Position numbers and translations under genes: made by a program
Shown: one piece after another, positions 24,001 through 36,122 of the stretch
Layout: every line of letters begins with the position of its first letter
Numbering within the stretch: the first letter of the stretch is position 1
The notes under the pieces: model-generated
The model's database searches: none
What the model was told of the DNA's origin: nothing
What the model saw: the letters and a program-made list of their open reading frames with translations, nothing else
Source: Octopus sinensis
Lineage: Eukaryota
NCBI RefSeq assembly: GCF_006345805.1
Contig: NC_042998.1
Span: forward strand, 207,018,001 to 207,082,000
DNA length: 64,000 nt
Direction: 5' to 3'

Positions 24001-26445
24001 GGTGTTCATTTCAGGGTCACAAGATTGCTGTTGTATCCTCCTCCTCCTCCTCCTCATCATCATCATCGTTTAACGTCTGCCTTCCATGCTGGCATGGGTT
24101 GGACGGTTTGACACGAGCTGGCCAGGCTGGAGCCTGTACCAGACTTCTGTGTCTGTTTTAGCAGGGTTTTTACGACTGGATGCCCTTCCTAACACCAACC
24201 ACCCAGCAGTGTGTATAATAAAGCGCTACTCAGAAGAGAATATGTTTGAGATAAGTAGGGTGTGGCATGAATAGATTTCTTTTGGAATGAAAGCAGACCA
24301 TTATCTTTTGCTCCCCCCCCCCCCACACACACTCAGGAGGGAAGGAGCAAAACGGCAGAGATTGAGAAGTTTGTTTCTTAATGATGTGGCTTTAGGTTCT
24401 GTATCCCTTTACAAAACCTTTGGAAAGTTTCTTTTATAATCCCAGGTTGACGAGTTTGGAAGATGGAAACTGAAAGAAGCCTATTGTGTGTTAATGTTAA
24501 CTGCCTATAGTTACAAGCGGTGACCTTAGCAGTTGCAGCTCAACTACAAACAGGGGTGTCCCCGTTTGTAGCTGGGTTGCAACTGGTGGTGTTTGCTGAC
24601 ATTCCTGGTCAACAGAACCCCCTAACTCAGCACTCCCTAATTCCTCAAGAACAGAAAAACAAATCCTCTTTCTTGAAAAACTAGATACAGGTTGGGGACA
24701 GAATATACAGCCCTAAAAATCCTGCCCTTGCAAGCCAAGCCAGCATGGGAAAACGAGGAATATATGAAACGAATGATATTGTTCATTTGGTTTTCATGAT
24801 AGTGATGGAATGAGATGACTACTGCCTCTGGATAGGGTGCTAGTCTCACACGCCACTTTCTCTTTCAGCCGAACAACTGGTACCTTTTCCTCATACTAGG
24901 GGTAAAAGTTTACTGCTATGATTCATGCCAAAATTTCCGCAATGGGTACGATTTCAAAGTCTATAAGTTAGGGGTGCCAGTGCCACCGGACTAGCCCCCA
25001 TGCTGGTGGCACGTAAATAGCACCATTTGAGCGTGGTCGATGCCAGTACTGCCTGACTGGCTCCTGTGCCAGTGGCACGTAAAAAGCACCATCTGAGCAA
25101 GGTTGATGCTAATGCTGCCTGACTGGCTCCCGTGCTGGTGGCACATAAAATGCACCATTCAAGTGTGGTTGATTCCAGTGCCGCCAGACTGGCCCTCATG
25201 TTGGTAGCACGTAAAAAGCACTGACTACACTCTCTGTGTGGTTGGCGTTAGGAAGGTTATCCAGCTGTAGAAACATTGCCAGATCAGATTGGAGCAGAAG
25301 CAGATTTTGAAGTGGGGTTTTTATGGCCAAACCTAACCCCAAATCTAACTCTTACCTGTTTTTCTAGGAAGAGATTTTTATTGCAGAGAATTCAAAAGCA
25401 CGAAGCTAGGAGGGATTTTTGTCTTGCAAGATACCTGGTCGGTGCTGGAGACTTGTAAAAAGTACTGATATTAGTGCTACATAGGAGGCAACTGTGCTGG
25501 TGCCATGTAAAATGTACTGGTAATGGTGCTATGTAAAAAGTGCTTGGTGGTTGGCATTAGGAAGGGCATCCATTCATAGAAACCATGTCAGAGCAAACAG
25601 CGGAGCCTTGTGTGGTCCCTGATATTGCCAGCTCCTGTCAAACCCAGCATGGAAAATGGGCATTGATGATTTTGTTGACCAAATTTCACTTGTTGAGCCC
25701 AATCGCAAGTTCTGATGTCACCATCCATATTTGGAACTTGAAATGGTTTTATAAACATTCTTGAAAATACTCTTATAAAGAAGATCCTTTCAGTTTCTGC
25801 CTTCCCGACTCCTTCAGAAAGCATTGGTAGACTAGGGGGTTAGAATAGAAGACAAACGGTTGGAGTGTCATGTAGTGGAATTAGAACCTGGAACTCATCG
25901 GTCGTCCATTTCATTAGCAATATGACCTTAAAGCTATTAGATAATTCTTTAGCCCTTAATCTTAATCCAAGAAGTTCCTTTACACTCTACAGTTCCTCTG
26001 GCAAAAGTGTTTTGAGTTACATTGAGAAATACGGTAAACTGATACATCGAGGCCCTTTGGGTTTTATTCCTTGTACAAACCAAATACCCAAGATTTCTTA
26101 TTTGCATATCATTTGGCAAAGACTAAGGTTTATGATTAAAAAAAAAAATCTAGCTTTAACCCAACCATGACCTACCATATCCATTTGTAAATGTCAGGTT
26201 TTATATAAATGTTTTTCTGTTGCATTTTTCCTTTTTCGATATCAAATTTGTTTTATATTTTGCATTCTGTGTATTGTTTGTATTGAGTGCACGGCAAAAG
26301 TTGGATGTCTGCATGTATGTATATGTGTATGTAGCATGAATTACTAAATACACACACCTCCTCCAAATACAAAAAAAAAACATACACTCTACTGTATATA
26401 CTCTCGAGAAATATCTTAACCCATTTATGCCGATCGTCTGTTTAA

Positions 26446-26673
26446 CCCTTTAGTGTTCAAACCGGCCATATCCGGCTCAAATATTCTACGTTTTATATTC
26501 AAACTGGCCATATCTGGCCTCTCACACCTAACCTACATTGACACTCTAAAAATAAATAATCACATCATTGAAACCTCAAAGCTATAAGATAATGCTTGAT
26601 TAATTCAAATTGATGATGATGAATTTGAATGAAGAAGTATTACATTTAACAGAATAATTTAAACACTAAAGGG
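26446..26673. mobile_element. piggyBac-type MITE (228 bp)
   Basis: TTAA at 26442-26445 and 26674-26677; TIRs CCCTTTAGTGTT / AACACTAAAGGG; same family as 15401-16015. Confidence 0.85.
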
Positions 26674-26923
26674 TTAAGCTGACCCTTAATTTACAAGGGT
26701 ATAAAACAAATATTTGATACAAATTGTGATTTGTGTATGATCTGTATCAAAGAATGAAACAGGTTCTGTATCAAAGTAATTTCAATGAAATTTTTTTCTG
26801 TTATTTCGGTCAAAATAATAGTGTCTCCTCTTTTACTCTTTCGCTTGTTTCAGTCATTTGACTGTGGCCATGCTGGAGCACCGCCTTTAAAAAAATGATT
26901 GAGTGTAAATGCAAAATAAGTTG

Positions 26924-26996
26924 TGAGCTCACCAGGATTCGAACCTGCAATCTTCCGATCTGTAGTCAGACGCGTTATCCATTGCGCCACGATCCG
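26924..26996 (-). pseudogene. tRNA-Arg(ACG)-derived pseudogene; anticodon now ACA
   Basis: 73 nt: CGGATCG TG GCGC AATGGATAA CGCG TCTGA CTACAGA TCGGA AGATT GCAGG TTCGAAT CCTGG TGAGCTC A. The D and anticodon arms match eukaryotic tRNA-Arg(ACG). The acceptor stem has 2 mismatches and the T stem 1. Confidence 0.8.
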
Positions 26997-27469
26997 TAGC
27001 CTGTTAATTTTTCCAGCAATTTCATTCACTAGAAAAATTTCGGCACAAATGGGTTAAACAGTTTCATCATAAAATATGTGACTTGTTGATTGTATAGACA
27101 ACATGATTGATATTCAGGAAGGTCTGCCTGTCTTTCTTTTCCCTTACTGCCAAACCCCCTCCACCCCTCGTTGCCCTTTCTGTCTTTGTCCATCGTATGG
27201 CCTTACTTTATCATCTCTCCCTCTCCCTCTCTCACCTTGTCCCTTCATCATTATCCTCTTAACGTCCACTTTCCCATGCTTGCATGGGTCAGACGGAATT
27301 TGCTGAGACAGGTCATGGTCTTCTAGACCTGGATGCCCTTCCTGTCTCCACCTGTTTCCCCATGGCCGGACATGTTTTTCACACAAGACTGGAAATAAAT
27401 GACCTCACCTGTACGACGATATTCATCTACAAGTATCACCTGAATGTCAAGACTGAGGTACACATGCAC

Positions 27470-27740
27470 CACAATGCACACACAACACACACACACTCAA
27501 CACACACAACATACACAACACACATACACACACAACATACACGCACAAACACAACATACACACACACACACACACACCATACACAACACACACACACAAC
27601 ATACACACAACATACACAAACACAACATACACAAACACACACACACACACACAACATACACACACAACATACACACACAACATACACAAACACAACATAC
27701 ACACACACACAACATACACAACACACACACACACACAGTT
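27470..27740. repeat. (CA)-rich compound microsatellite (CACAACATACA units)
   Basis: Direct inspection. Confidence 0.9.
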
Positions 27741-28307
27741 TTGTCTACCACATCCACTCAGAGGATTCTGTCACATATTCTCTGTCATAAGGGGCCCTTT
27801 CTCCCTTTTTGCCATCTCTGTCTTTCTCATGCCCTTCCCTTGTCACAACCTCTCCCCCCCTCTTTTCTCTCTCTCAGACCTCCTGTATATTGTTAAACCT
27901 GTAATATATATCCCATCTCATACACACATTTATACACACTTCCATGATTTAACCATCAAACCTTGATATGTTTTTGTTTTTTTTGTATTTTTGTATTTTT
28001 TTTTCCCTTGTTTTATTCATGCATGTTGCCTCTCTCTCACATTCTCCTCTTTTAGAACCCCTAATTTTCACCCCATATTTGCCTGTGCATGCTTGCATCA
28101 TTTGATCCCTCCCTTTATTACAATTCATCTTCCAGTCCTATTTCCTTCGTTTTTAACCGTTTCCCCACCATCGCAATAGCTGAGGTTCTGGACCCTTCCC
28201 CCCCCTCTTTTCTCCCAGACTTCTTCAGAAATCAGAGAGAGAAACAACAATTCCTTTTTTTTCATATTTTGTTTTTTGTTGTATTTTTATTTTTACTTTA
28301 TTTAAAT

Positions 28308-29658
28308 CAGTGTTTCTCAACCCTTTTTTTTTCCTATGGACCCCTGTGGTTCCTCTTTTCCTCAGATAGGCCCCATTGTCATTTTAGGTGTAAAAAAAAA
28401 TCTTATATAATTAAACCTTATCAAGAATTTTATAGAAAGGTGGCAAGCTGGCAGAATCGTTAGCACGCGGTATTTCGTCCATCCTTACGTTCTGAGTTCA
28501 AATTCCACCGAAGTCGACTTTACCTTTCATCCTTTCGGAGTCGATAAATTAAGTACCAGTTGTGTATTGGGATCAATCTAAATGACTGACACCCTCCTCC
28601 AAAATTTCAGGCCTTGTACCTTTTGTAGAATTTTGTCAAGAATTTAAAATATTTTGTCGAATGTAGAAGTACAGGGCGTCCATAAAGTCTCTTTACAATT
28701 TTTAAATTTTATTACAAAGGCAGTTGACAAGATATCTTAACCAGATTTGTTTTATTGCAATAATTGTTTATTAAAGTTTTTTTAACTGTTATTTAATAGA
28801 CCTCAGTATGGGCACCATTAGTTGCGCGAAGCACATCAAGACGGTACTTGATTTCTTGCCATGTTCACTGTAGGATAGCCTCATCAACGGTGGCAATGGC
28901 ATTACGAATCCTTTGCTTCAAGTTAGCAATGTCCCGTATCTTTGTTTGATACACGATATCTTTTACATAACCCCATAAAAAGAAGTCCAAGGGAGTGATA
29001 TCTGGCGAACGCGGTGGCCGTGGAATTGACTCATCCCTTCCAATCCATCGGTCTGGAAATGTTTGACTGAGGAACTGACAAACAGACCGTCCCCAATGTG
29101 GTGGTGCACCATCTTGCTGGAGAATGATGGCTGGTTGTAAATCAATCAGTTGTGGTGCCACATATTCGGTCAGAAGTTCGAGGTAAACATCTGCAGTAAT
29201 TGTTGCCTCGTTGAAGAAAAAGGGACCAATTATTCAATTGCTCATGATTCCACACCACACATTCACTTTTGGACTATCCCGTTGAAGCTCCTTAGTCACA
29301 TGGGGGTGTTCTGATGCCCAGATTCTCACATTGTGTCTGTTTAATTTCCCTGAAACATTAAAGTTGCCTCGTCACTAAAACAAACTCGCTTGAGGAATGC
29401 TTCATCCTCATTTTGTAGGGGTTCAGTGAATCAGTTCCCTTCCATCAACAGAGTATGTGAAACACAAAAATTTAATATCAATAAAAACTTTAATAAACAA
29501 TCATTAAAATAAAACAAATCTGGTTAAAATATTTCATCAACTGCCTTTGTAATAATTTCTTTTAAATTGTAAAGAGACTTTATGGACACCCTGTATTATT
29601 GCACATATTTTAACAACGGATCCCCAAGGGTTACATGGACCACGGTTGAGAGCCATTG
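28308..29658. mobile_element. hAT-type MITE hosting a SINE (28437-28625) and the rosa element
   Basis: TIRs CAGTGTTTCTCAACC / GGTTGAGAGCCATTG; 8-bp flanks ATTTAAAT and TTTTAAAT (7/8 match, central TA as for Buster/Charlie). Related ends at ~16154, ~44765-45387 and ~60497-60950. Confidence 0.75.
28672..29593 (-). mobile_element. Tc1/mariner DD41D (rosa-type) deletion derivative with ~110-bp TIRs and a decayed catalytic domain
   Basis: TA at 28670-28671 and 29594-29595; TIR CAGGG(C/T)GTCCATAAAGTCTCTTTACAATTT. ORF 28865-29161(-) has QQDGAPPH...WIGR...PPRSPDITPLDFFLWGYVK, with 41 residues between the 2nd and 3rd Asp. Confidence 0.92.
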
Positions 29659-30184
29659 TTTTAAATGATGAATTCAAGCTACCGGTATTTTTTTTGTTTT
29701 TCGTCTTTTTTTTTCTTTTCCCCAACTTTCTCTCTTTCAGAAACCAGTACACTCAGTCAGGTTTAGACAGAACAATCAACCCAAGTTTAAAAGGGTAAAA
29801 AAACAAAAAAAAAGTAACAAAAAACTCTAAAATAAACGTAAAACCTCTAGGAAAGCTTTACTATTTGGTTTGAATAACTCCACTGCTAACCACCAGTTCC
29901 TTCTCTGGAACCGTAGCTCTTCATTTTAGTAGAATAGTTTAGTGTGTGTGTGTGTGTGTGTGTTACTGGTACACGTTTACACTATTTCTGTCTCCCACAG
30001 TCACTGCACTTTTATAAACAAAACTATAACCCTTATTTCTTATTTGTGGACTTTAGTGCATAACCTTAGGTCTAATGCTTTTGTATTTGCTGTTTTCAAC
30101 ATATAAAATGGTGTTAAAACGTTTCCATTTTGGATTTGGCAATGTGAGATTTTACAAGACTTATAACATTTTTGGTGGTGTGTA

Positions 30185-30272
<88 letters not shown>

Positions 30273-30782
30273 CTATTGAGTCAAGTACGTTAACGCCAAC
30301 ATCAAAGTAAAAATCAAATGGAAATTGAAGTTAAGAAACCTCTGCCGGTGGCATGTAAAAAGCACCGTCCGAACGTGGCAGATGCCAGCACTGCCTGACT
30401 GGTGTCGGTGACACATAAAAGCACCAACCGATTGTGGCCGTTTGCCAGCCTCCTCTGGCTCCCATACCAGTGGGACGTAAAAAGCACCCACTACACTTTT
30501 GGAGTGGTTGGCGTTAGGAAGGGCATCCAGCTACAGAAACTCTGCCAGATCAAGATTGAAGCCTGGTGCAGCCATCTGGTTCGCCAGTCTTCAGTCAAAT
30601 CGTCCAACCCATGCCAGCATGGAAAGCGGATGTTAAACGATGATGATAATATAATTTAATGTATACAGTATTAAAATGAGCCACTAAAGGTTTCTTGCTA
30701 TGAAAACCTGTTGATAGCAAATTGTTATAACCTGTCTTGTGTCTCTGTGCTCATGGTTCTGTTTGAAAGCAAGTTATAAATC

Positions 30783-31175
30783 TGGATGGATGGAAGCACT
30801 CCGTCGGTTACGACGATGAGGGTTCCGGTTGATCCGAATCAACGGAACAGCCTGCTCGTGAAATCAACGTGTAAGTGGCTGAGCACTCCACAGACACGTG
30901 TACCCTTAACGTAGTTCTCGGGGATATTCAGCGTGACACAGAGAGTGACAAGGCCGGCCCTTTGAAATACAGGTACAACAGAAACAAGAAGTAAGAGTGA
31001 GAGAAAGTTGTGGTGAAAGAGTACAGCAGGGATCACCCCCACCCCCTGCCGGAGCCTCATGGAGTTTTAGGTGTTTTCGCTCAATAAACACTCTCAACGC
31101 CCGGTCTGGGAATCGAAACCGCAATCCTACAACCGCGAGTCCACTGCCCTAACCACTGGGCCATTGCACCTCCAC
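30783..31175 (-). mobile_element. tRNA-headed SINE family 3; second copy ~37980-38275(-) shares head and core but has a different tail
   Basis: Minus-strand head TGGAGGTGCAATGGCCCAGTGGTTAGGGCAGTGGACTCGCGG...GGTTTCGATTCCC (A and B boxes). Confidence 0.85.
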
Positions 31176-32733
31176 ATACACACGCACATATATATATATT
31201 AATTCAGCATTTTTCACTTGCTGCCGACTGAAACTGTGCTTGCGTGGTGAATTTTGATAAAAAATTTAATATATAATGATGAGACGTGTGTTATTCTGTC
31301 TCTAAATTATATGTTAGTGTTTTGGCGTAGCCACTGATGAGAACTTCGCCTAGCAAATTATTTTATTTGCTAATTAGAGGTATGGCTGTAAAAAAACAAG
31401 GTAGAAGTTTTTATTTTTGATTCCCTTCAAAATTGCGCTTAAATGTGGATTTGGATGTCTTGACTGCTCCTTCTAGCATGTAAGGCTGCCTGTTAAGGGT
31501 CGCCTCTTTTGCGTTTATTTGTACACTAATTTTATATATATACAAACACACACACACACAGGTGGATAGTTAGGTTGGCCATTTAGGATTTTTGTTTGAA
31601 TTATCTTCATCATCATCATTTAACATCCGTTTTCCATGCTGGCATGGTTGGATGGTTTAACACGGTGGTGAGCTGGCAGAATCGTTAGCACGCTAGGCAA
31701 AAAGCTTAGCGGTATTTTGTCTGCCGTTACGTTCTGAGTTCAAATTCCGCCGAGGTCGACTTTGGCTTTCATCCTTTCAGGGTCAATTAAATAAGTACAA
31801 GTTACACACTGGGGTCGATATAATCGACTTAATCCATTTGTCTGTCCTTGTTTGTCCTCTCTGTGTTTAGCCCCTTGTGGGTAGTAAAGAAATAGGTTTG
31901 ACAAGGTGGCAAACCAGAGATCTGCACCAAACACCAATAGTCTGTTTTGGCATGGTCTCTACAGCTCAATGCCCTTCCTAATGCCAACCACTTTGCAATC
32001 AATAAACAGATATTTATTTCTTTGAAGATCAATAATGAAACAATAGCTTTTAGTGTGCCCTGATTGATGAAGCTCTTGTATGAAGTCTTGAAGTTCTATT
32101 CAGGTCTTTGGAAATGGTCTGGTGGAGTCAAAAGGCATTGGAATTATTATATCTTGGCCACTATTTTTGTGTGAAATGTTAAAAAGTGTTGCTTAGATTG
32201 GCTTTAAAATGTTGTCCTGCTGCAGTTAGAACCCATATATCCATTTTCGTACACTGGCGGTGTGTTGTCATAATCTTGGTAGATGTTGGTGCCAGCAGAT
32301 TCAAGGTTTCGCTGACCGGCACTGGAACCCAACAATCCACCATTTAATATCTTAGAACAATGAAGCCTGCAATGGGCCAACATTTATACATCTGTACCTT
32401 ATTCTGTTGGCATATAATTCAGAATTTCTTACTATGGAAACTTGTAGAAGCTTTAGCTATAACTAGTAAACAGTCTGGCTTGGAAAAGGAATATACTTTT
32501 GTCTTTGTGTGTGTGTATGTGTACAGTGATGTGTTCTGTGTTTACTCAAGTGCAGTGCAATTTCAAACATAATGTGACCCCTTTTTGTATCTTGAAAATT
32601 TATCTGTAGTATAATAATGGCTACCGATGTTAACCCTGGTATTTTTGGTGATTTATTTTAAATTTCTGGCATCATGTACGAGTAAATACACTACATATAA
32701 ACACACATGGGCATACATAGACTTGTGTGTGTG

Positions 32734-32770
<37 letters not shown>

Positions 32771-34030
32771 GCACACATACATACATACATACACAATGTC
32801 TCATGAATTTAGAATTCTAAGAAAAATAATGCCTTTGCAGAATCTACTCTCAATATACAAAGCAGTCAACCAAATATAAATTAAAGATGATAAATGCCTA
32901 TCATAATAAATGTATATACACAAACGTGCACACTTATATATTTTAGTGCTTTGAATTTTCTAGCATTTTGCGAATAACATCAGAAATAACAGTCCTGTGT
33001 GCAAGACCTGGTTTTCTCCACGGCCATTTTACTTAATTTTTTTTTTACAACATTATTATTCCAAATTCTTGGGACCAGTGTGTGTATGTATATACACATA
33101 TATATGACACACACACACACACACATATAACTCTTAAACTAACTCCCTCCAAGTGTTTTCCAATGTTTTTTTTTGGCATGCTTTATTTTAACTTTGCTCA
33201 TGTTTTGCATTTGTATACCCCCCCTCCTGTATAATTAACCCCCTAACTACCCCCTGTTTGGTGTAATTGTAGTAGTTTATGCTGGCATGGTTTTCTTTTA
33301 ATTGCTTTTTTCTTATATTTTTCTCATTACTGCTTTTATATTTTTATTTCAATGTAATTTGTTTTTTTGTTCTTTTTTTATTTTTCAAAGATTTTTGACA
33401 AAATATTTAAAAACAATTTGTTGTTGTTTGAACCATTTTAAAATCTATGTTTGCGTAATTCTAATCTAATTTTTAATTCCTGAATCTTTTATGTGTCTTT
33501 TACCGAGAAATATTTCTTCTACTTGGACTCGATCCTTTCAGCCACTTTCTTCATTGTTATCTCTGCGAGTCAAGAATGTCTCAAGCTCCCCCCCCCCCCG
33601 AAGGGACCTTCTCCATAGTTATTCAGCTGCTAAATTTCTCAGTTCACACCTTACCACCACCACCATCATTTAATGTCCTTTTTCCAATCTGGCATAGGTT
33701 GGACAGTTTGACAGGAGCTGGTAAGCTGGAAGGTTGTACCAGGTTCCAGTAATCTGTTTTGGAATGGTTTCTTAACACCCAACCACCTTTTAACAACCAT
33801 CTGGATGGCATTGAGCAACACCACCCAGAATATACTTTGTGGACTCTCTTGTGACAGATGTGGGCTTTGCAGGTGCTTGCTTAACAACCTGCTCAGATGG
33901 TTTGTTTATAGTGATCAAACATATGCGCTGTACATCATTTCACTCCCCCCATCAAATTGGTGTTACCTGTACAGGTGCACAATATGCCCCTCATCAGATG
34001 TTCAAGTAATTGCAGAGGACCATTGACTGA

Positions 34031-34505
34031 TATGGAGTAAAGATTGTTTGCCAACATAACACGGCAGTCCTGGTTTAGGACGAATGTTGCAGTAATTTAG
34101 CCCCAGGAGACATCGTCTCCAGCTGGCTACACGACATGATCTGTGTCCTTATATTTTCAAACAAGGGAATCTAACACCCCAACTCAGCTCAAAACAATAT
34201 CTGTGTATCGCGATTTCTGGATTATTTCTCTTCATCAGCACAGAATAATTGTTTGACTGATAAAGGGAAATAACCCAGAAATCGTGATACACAGGTATTG
34301 CTTTGAGCTGAGTGGGTGTGCTAGATTCCATTGTTTGAAAATATAAGGACACAGATCGTGTCATATAGCCAGCTGGAGACAATGTCTCCTAGGGATAAAT
34401 TACAGTAACATTAGTCCAAACCAGGACTACCATGTTATGTTGGCAAACAATCTCTATTCCATAGCACTGTTGCTGAATATCTCTCATTGTGAGATTTAAA
34501 AATAG
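34031..34505. mobile_element. Fold-back element with ~207-bp arms (relatives at ~2958-3500 and ~37200-37480; diverged relative 43121-43575)
   Basis: 34031-34238 is the reverse complement of 34257-34463, with an 18-nt spacer. Confidence 0.85.
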
Positions 34506-35528
34506 TAATTTTCTAATTGACTATGTTTTGCTCAAGAACAAAATGTGCCACTTGGTCTGGGAATTGAAACCATGATCTTTAGATTGTCATTGCAACATCC
34601 TAGCCACTATGCCATGCACCTTCACATCCAGGATATACAATGCCTGAAAAATGGGGGATGGTCATGGCTGGGGTGTCTTTGATTACAGGTCTGCTCTGTT
34701 GACCTGGTGCTAAACACCATGGAAGTATAAAATGACATCATCACCTGACTTTGCTAATGAACCGATTTCTATTGGTTCTCATTGCAAAACCTACTTGGGA
34801 CTTGGTAGAGGAATCTAGAATCCTATGTTCAACATAAGACAAGTAAACCATTTGTGGTACCGATTCCATGGTCTGTTCTTTACTGGGAGTAAAACTTTGA
34901 CCAAACCGTTGGAAGTGGGTTTGGTTGTGCTTTAGGATTCTGTATCCAATGATGTTAATGACTCAATTAACGTTATCTCAGACTGTTTGATGCATTTTCA
35001 ATCCTGGAATGATTGAACGCAGGAGTTTCCCTGAAACAAACGGCCCAAAGTGTGTAGTGTGCAGAAAGTAATTACACTTAAGGAATGAAACTAAGAATAT
35101 AAACAGGAAAGCATAAACTTTACATGTACTTCATACTTTGTATTCAACAGCTGTTTCATTAAGATAAACATTACTAAATGTATAATTACGTAATTATGAT
35201 ACATAATTAATTTCAAAGCTGTGTTTACACAAATCAATCAGGATATATATATTGTTCCTCTTGGATTTACTTCACTGTAACAATGTGTTGAAATTTTAAT
35301 TAACTGCTATTTATTAATTGAATTCCTAATTACTGTGAATTTAGTTTTTATGTTCATACATCAGTTCTTTATATGGAATTAAGGCTTTATATTAACAATG
35401 AAACAGCTTTTCTCTTCACCTAAAAGACAGGCTTTGAGGTGTGCTATATAGCGTGTAACAAAACATACCAAAGTACTGCTAGGACAGTTGTTACAATTTA
35501 AAACATTTATACAAAATACATTTTGTAC

Positions 35529-35973
35529 ATTATTTACATTTGACGGATATTTGTCCTCATCTTGTTTGTTGATAACACAATGTTTCGGCTGATATACCCT
35601 CCAGCCTTGATCAGGTGTCTTGAGGAAATTTCGAACCTGGGTTCTCATTCTTTAGGTATTTTTCAATGTTATTATTATTATTTTCAGGTCACTGCTTGGA
35701 ATTGAACTCGGAATTTTGGGGTTAACCCATGCTCTTAACAACTACGCCATATGCCTGTAGTGGTTAAGAGTGCAGGTTACTAACCCCAAAATTCCGAGTT
35801 TGATTCCAAGCAGTGACCTTAATAATAATAATAATAATGAAAAATACGTCAGGAATGAGAACCAGGTTTGAAACTTCCCCAAGACACCCGATGAAGGCTG
35901 GAGGGTATATCAGCCGAAACATTGTGTTAACAACAAACAAGATGAGGACAAATATCCGTCAAATGTAAATAAT
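35529..35973. mobile_element. Palindromic element: two tRNA-headed, hammerhead-bearing units head-to-head (relatives at ~42499-42845, ~44975-45295, ~58855-59075)
   Basis: Arms of ~220 bp are reverse complements around a central CATATG at 35748-35753. Confidence 0.85.
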
Positions 35974-36122
35974 TCCTCATCTCTTAAATATAGAAAATAC
36001 TGTTCTGTTCTCTTCATTTTCTTCTAAAACAGTTCTTTTTTCCTTTTTGTCATCTTCTAAACGTATTTCACCCGTCCTCTGTTACTGTTTATATATTTTC
36101 CCTTTCCTTTCTCTTCTAAAAG

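Larger units (their letters stand above)
26420..27053. mobile_element. piggyBac-type MITE containing a nested MITE, a SINE tail and the tRNA pseudogene
   Basis: TTAA at 26416-26419 and 27054-27057; TIRs CCCATTTATGCCGA / TCGGCACAAATGGG (1 mismatch). Confidence 0.7.

Noticed and set aside
27284-27896. ORFs of 86-168 aa rich in His/Thr or Cys/Val
   Set aside because: Translations of a (CA)-rich microsatellite.
31328-31388. TAGCCA-CTGATGA...GTA-TGGCTG, resembling hammerhead stem I plus core; also an ATGATGA...CTGA pair resembling snoRNA C/D boxes
   Set aside because: There is no stem II-GAAA element, and no terminal stem or recognisable rRNA antisense element for a snoRNA.
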